DNA of 64,000 nucleotides from positions 46,686,001 through 46,750,000 of the forward strand of contig NC_135814.1 of the NCBI RefSeq assembly GCF_964213995.1, given 5' to 3'. The stretch is from Mustelus asterias. Lineage: Eukaryota. The notes beneath the pieces are model-generated. The model did not search any database. It saw only the letters and a program-made list of their open reading frames with translations, and was not told the DNA's origin. The first letter of the stretch is position 1, and every line of letters starts with the position of its first letter. Of the stretch, positions 62,328 through 64,000 are shown piece by piece. The translations under genes and the position numbers were made by a program.

Positions 62328-62620
62328 GGTGGCACAGTGGTTAGCACTGCTGCCTCACAGCATCAGGGACATGGGTTCAATTTCCAGCTTGGGTCACTGC
62401 CTGTGCAGAGTCTGCACATTCTTCCCATGTCTGCGTAGGTTTCCTCCGGGTGCTCCAGTTTCCTCCCACAGTCTGAAAGATGTGCTGGTTAGGTGCACTG
62501 GCCAAGCTAAATTCTCCCTCAGTGTACCCGAACAGGTGCCAGAGTGTGGCGACTAGGGGATTTTCACGGCAATTTCATTGCAGTGTTAATCTAAGCCTAC
62601 TTGTGACACTAATAAATAAA
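62328..62620 (+). mobile_element. HE1-type V-SINE, tail B
   Basis: ggtggcacagtggttagcactgctg...ctaagcctacttgtgacactaataaataaa. Confidence 0.9.
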
Positions 62621-64000
62621 TGGATCGGGAAGCAAAGAGCTTCTCAGAAATATCAGTGAGGCCATTAACAGGGACTTGAAGAGACTTAAGTGTATTGTGT
62701 ATCTTCTTGTATGCGATGGACTTACCTTTTTATTTTCTACTTTAAGATGCACCGTCGTAAGTCATAAAAAAAACAGTAAGTTTTGAGATCTAATAATCAT
62801 GCAAATACTTACTATCACTAAAGTGACAATATCCTTTCACCATTTTCTGCAACGTTAATGTCCAGTAATGCTGGGTTACAGAAATTGCTTCAGCTCCAAA
62901 AGCAACAGCTCCAAATAAATCCAATAATAAACATGCCACACATAAAGTGGTATAAACATGTCTTAAGCAGCAAAGGATGTAAAAATTTTATTTTATTATT
63001 CTGCAGTACAGCCTGTTATAGGCATCTTTTCATTTAAAGGGAACATTTTCTCGGCTACAGATTTATTTTCTGCACTTTCCATTCGAGCATTGCATAGACG
63101 TTGTAACTAAAACCTTCTTCTTGCAAGCCTCCAGTGATTTGAATTAGATCTGACACACAAAGCTTTGATGGATTCAGTATATTTCATTTATTTGCAAAAT
63201 CTATTTACACAACCGTAAATGCTGGGGAACCTCATGATATTTTTTCCTTAAAAAATAAAATTCCATTGTCAGATTGAGTGTTTCAATCTAATTACCATGA
63301 TTAAGAAACTTGGATCTGGTTTCCAATGAGTAGTAGTTATAATATTGTTGTAACATGAACTGGCTGTAGCCCTCATACAGGTGATTATATGGTATTCCAC
63401 GTAACCCACTAATCTAATGTAAGCAGGTATCCTATTCCGCTATTAATGGGAGCAATTAGAGGAAAGAACTTAGCACCACAGGTGTATTTAAAAGGCTCTG
63501 CTACCTTCAAAAAACTTCCAAACTCCGATATATCCATCAAATATTTTTAAAATGCAGTCCTCAAATCAATACATAAGAACTATAGTACACCAATATGCTA
63601 TGCTACATTTAGTTTATTACCATTTAAAGACTATCTTATATTTTTTGTACCTTGGAAGAAGATTTCTAAAGCACCAATTGAAAATATTTGGGCATTTTGA
63701 ATTTGAGAGAAGCTTTTTAGAGCACACTTTTCGGACACACTAAGCATAGGTGACAAGCCCTGGAGATCTTGTTGTTATAAGGTTACTTAACATAAATAAT
63801 GCATGCAATTAGATTTCATTGGAACAATCCAAAGCAAAGCACATTGATTCTACGATATAAAGTCTTATTAATTTTATATTTGATTTATACACATTCTGAA
63901 TCCAAAACATATTTTGGATGTCACAGCGGACTGACACTAAACAGCTTAGGGAATTTACACTGTTTTTGAACTGCAGATGCTTAAAAATTTAATTGTGTTG

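Noticed and set aside
1-64000. CRISPR arrays, operons or other prokaryotic systems
   Set aside because: No regularly spaced repeats or gene-dense regions. The sequence is vertebrate non-coding DNA.

Overview
This is eukaryotic, AT-rich, repeat-dense DNA. The repeat inventory points to a shark, probably carcharhiniform (inference): HE1-type tRNA/V-core SINEs, CR1/HER1-type tails, DeuSINE-like and MetaSINE-like elements, Penelope remnants and Harbinger elements. I recognise no host protein-coding gene. The only ORFs with recognisable homology come from transposons: CR1-like RT, Rex1/Babar C-terminus, Gypsy gag/integrase, Harbinger DDE plus Myb/SANT, Tigger C-terminus and Penelope GIY-YIG C-terminus. 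Between the TE clusters lie multi-kb TE-poor, homeodomain-motif-rich stretches that look like conserved non-coding elements of a gene desert or large intron. Best leads: (1) two odd-length N-runs (213 and 211 nt) in unique sequence, each inside an exon-shaped open frame; (2) minimal hammerhead ribozymes in Penelope pseudo-LTRs, one intact and duplicated in a perfect 111-bp inverted repeat; (3) a V-SINE subfamily whose 3' tail resembles the Rex1/Babar LINE tail rather than the CR1 tail; (4) a V-SINE/MetaSINE chimera; (5) a multi-layer nested insertion series in an L2. Family names come from recall of consensus motifs, not from a database search. Coordinates of degenerate elements are approximate.
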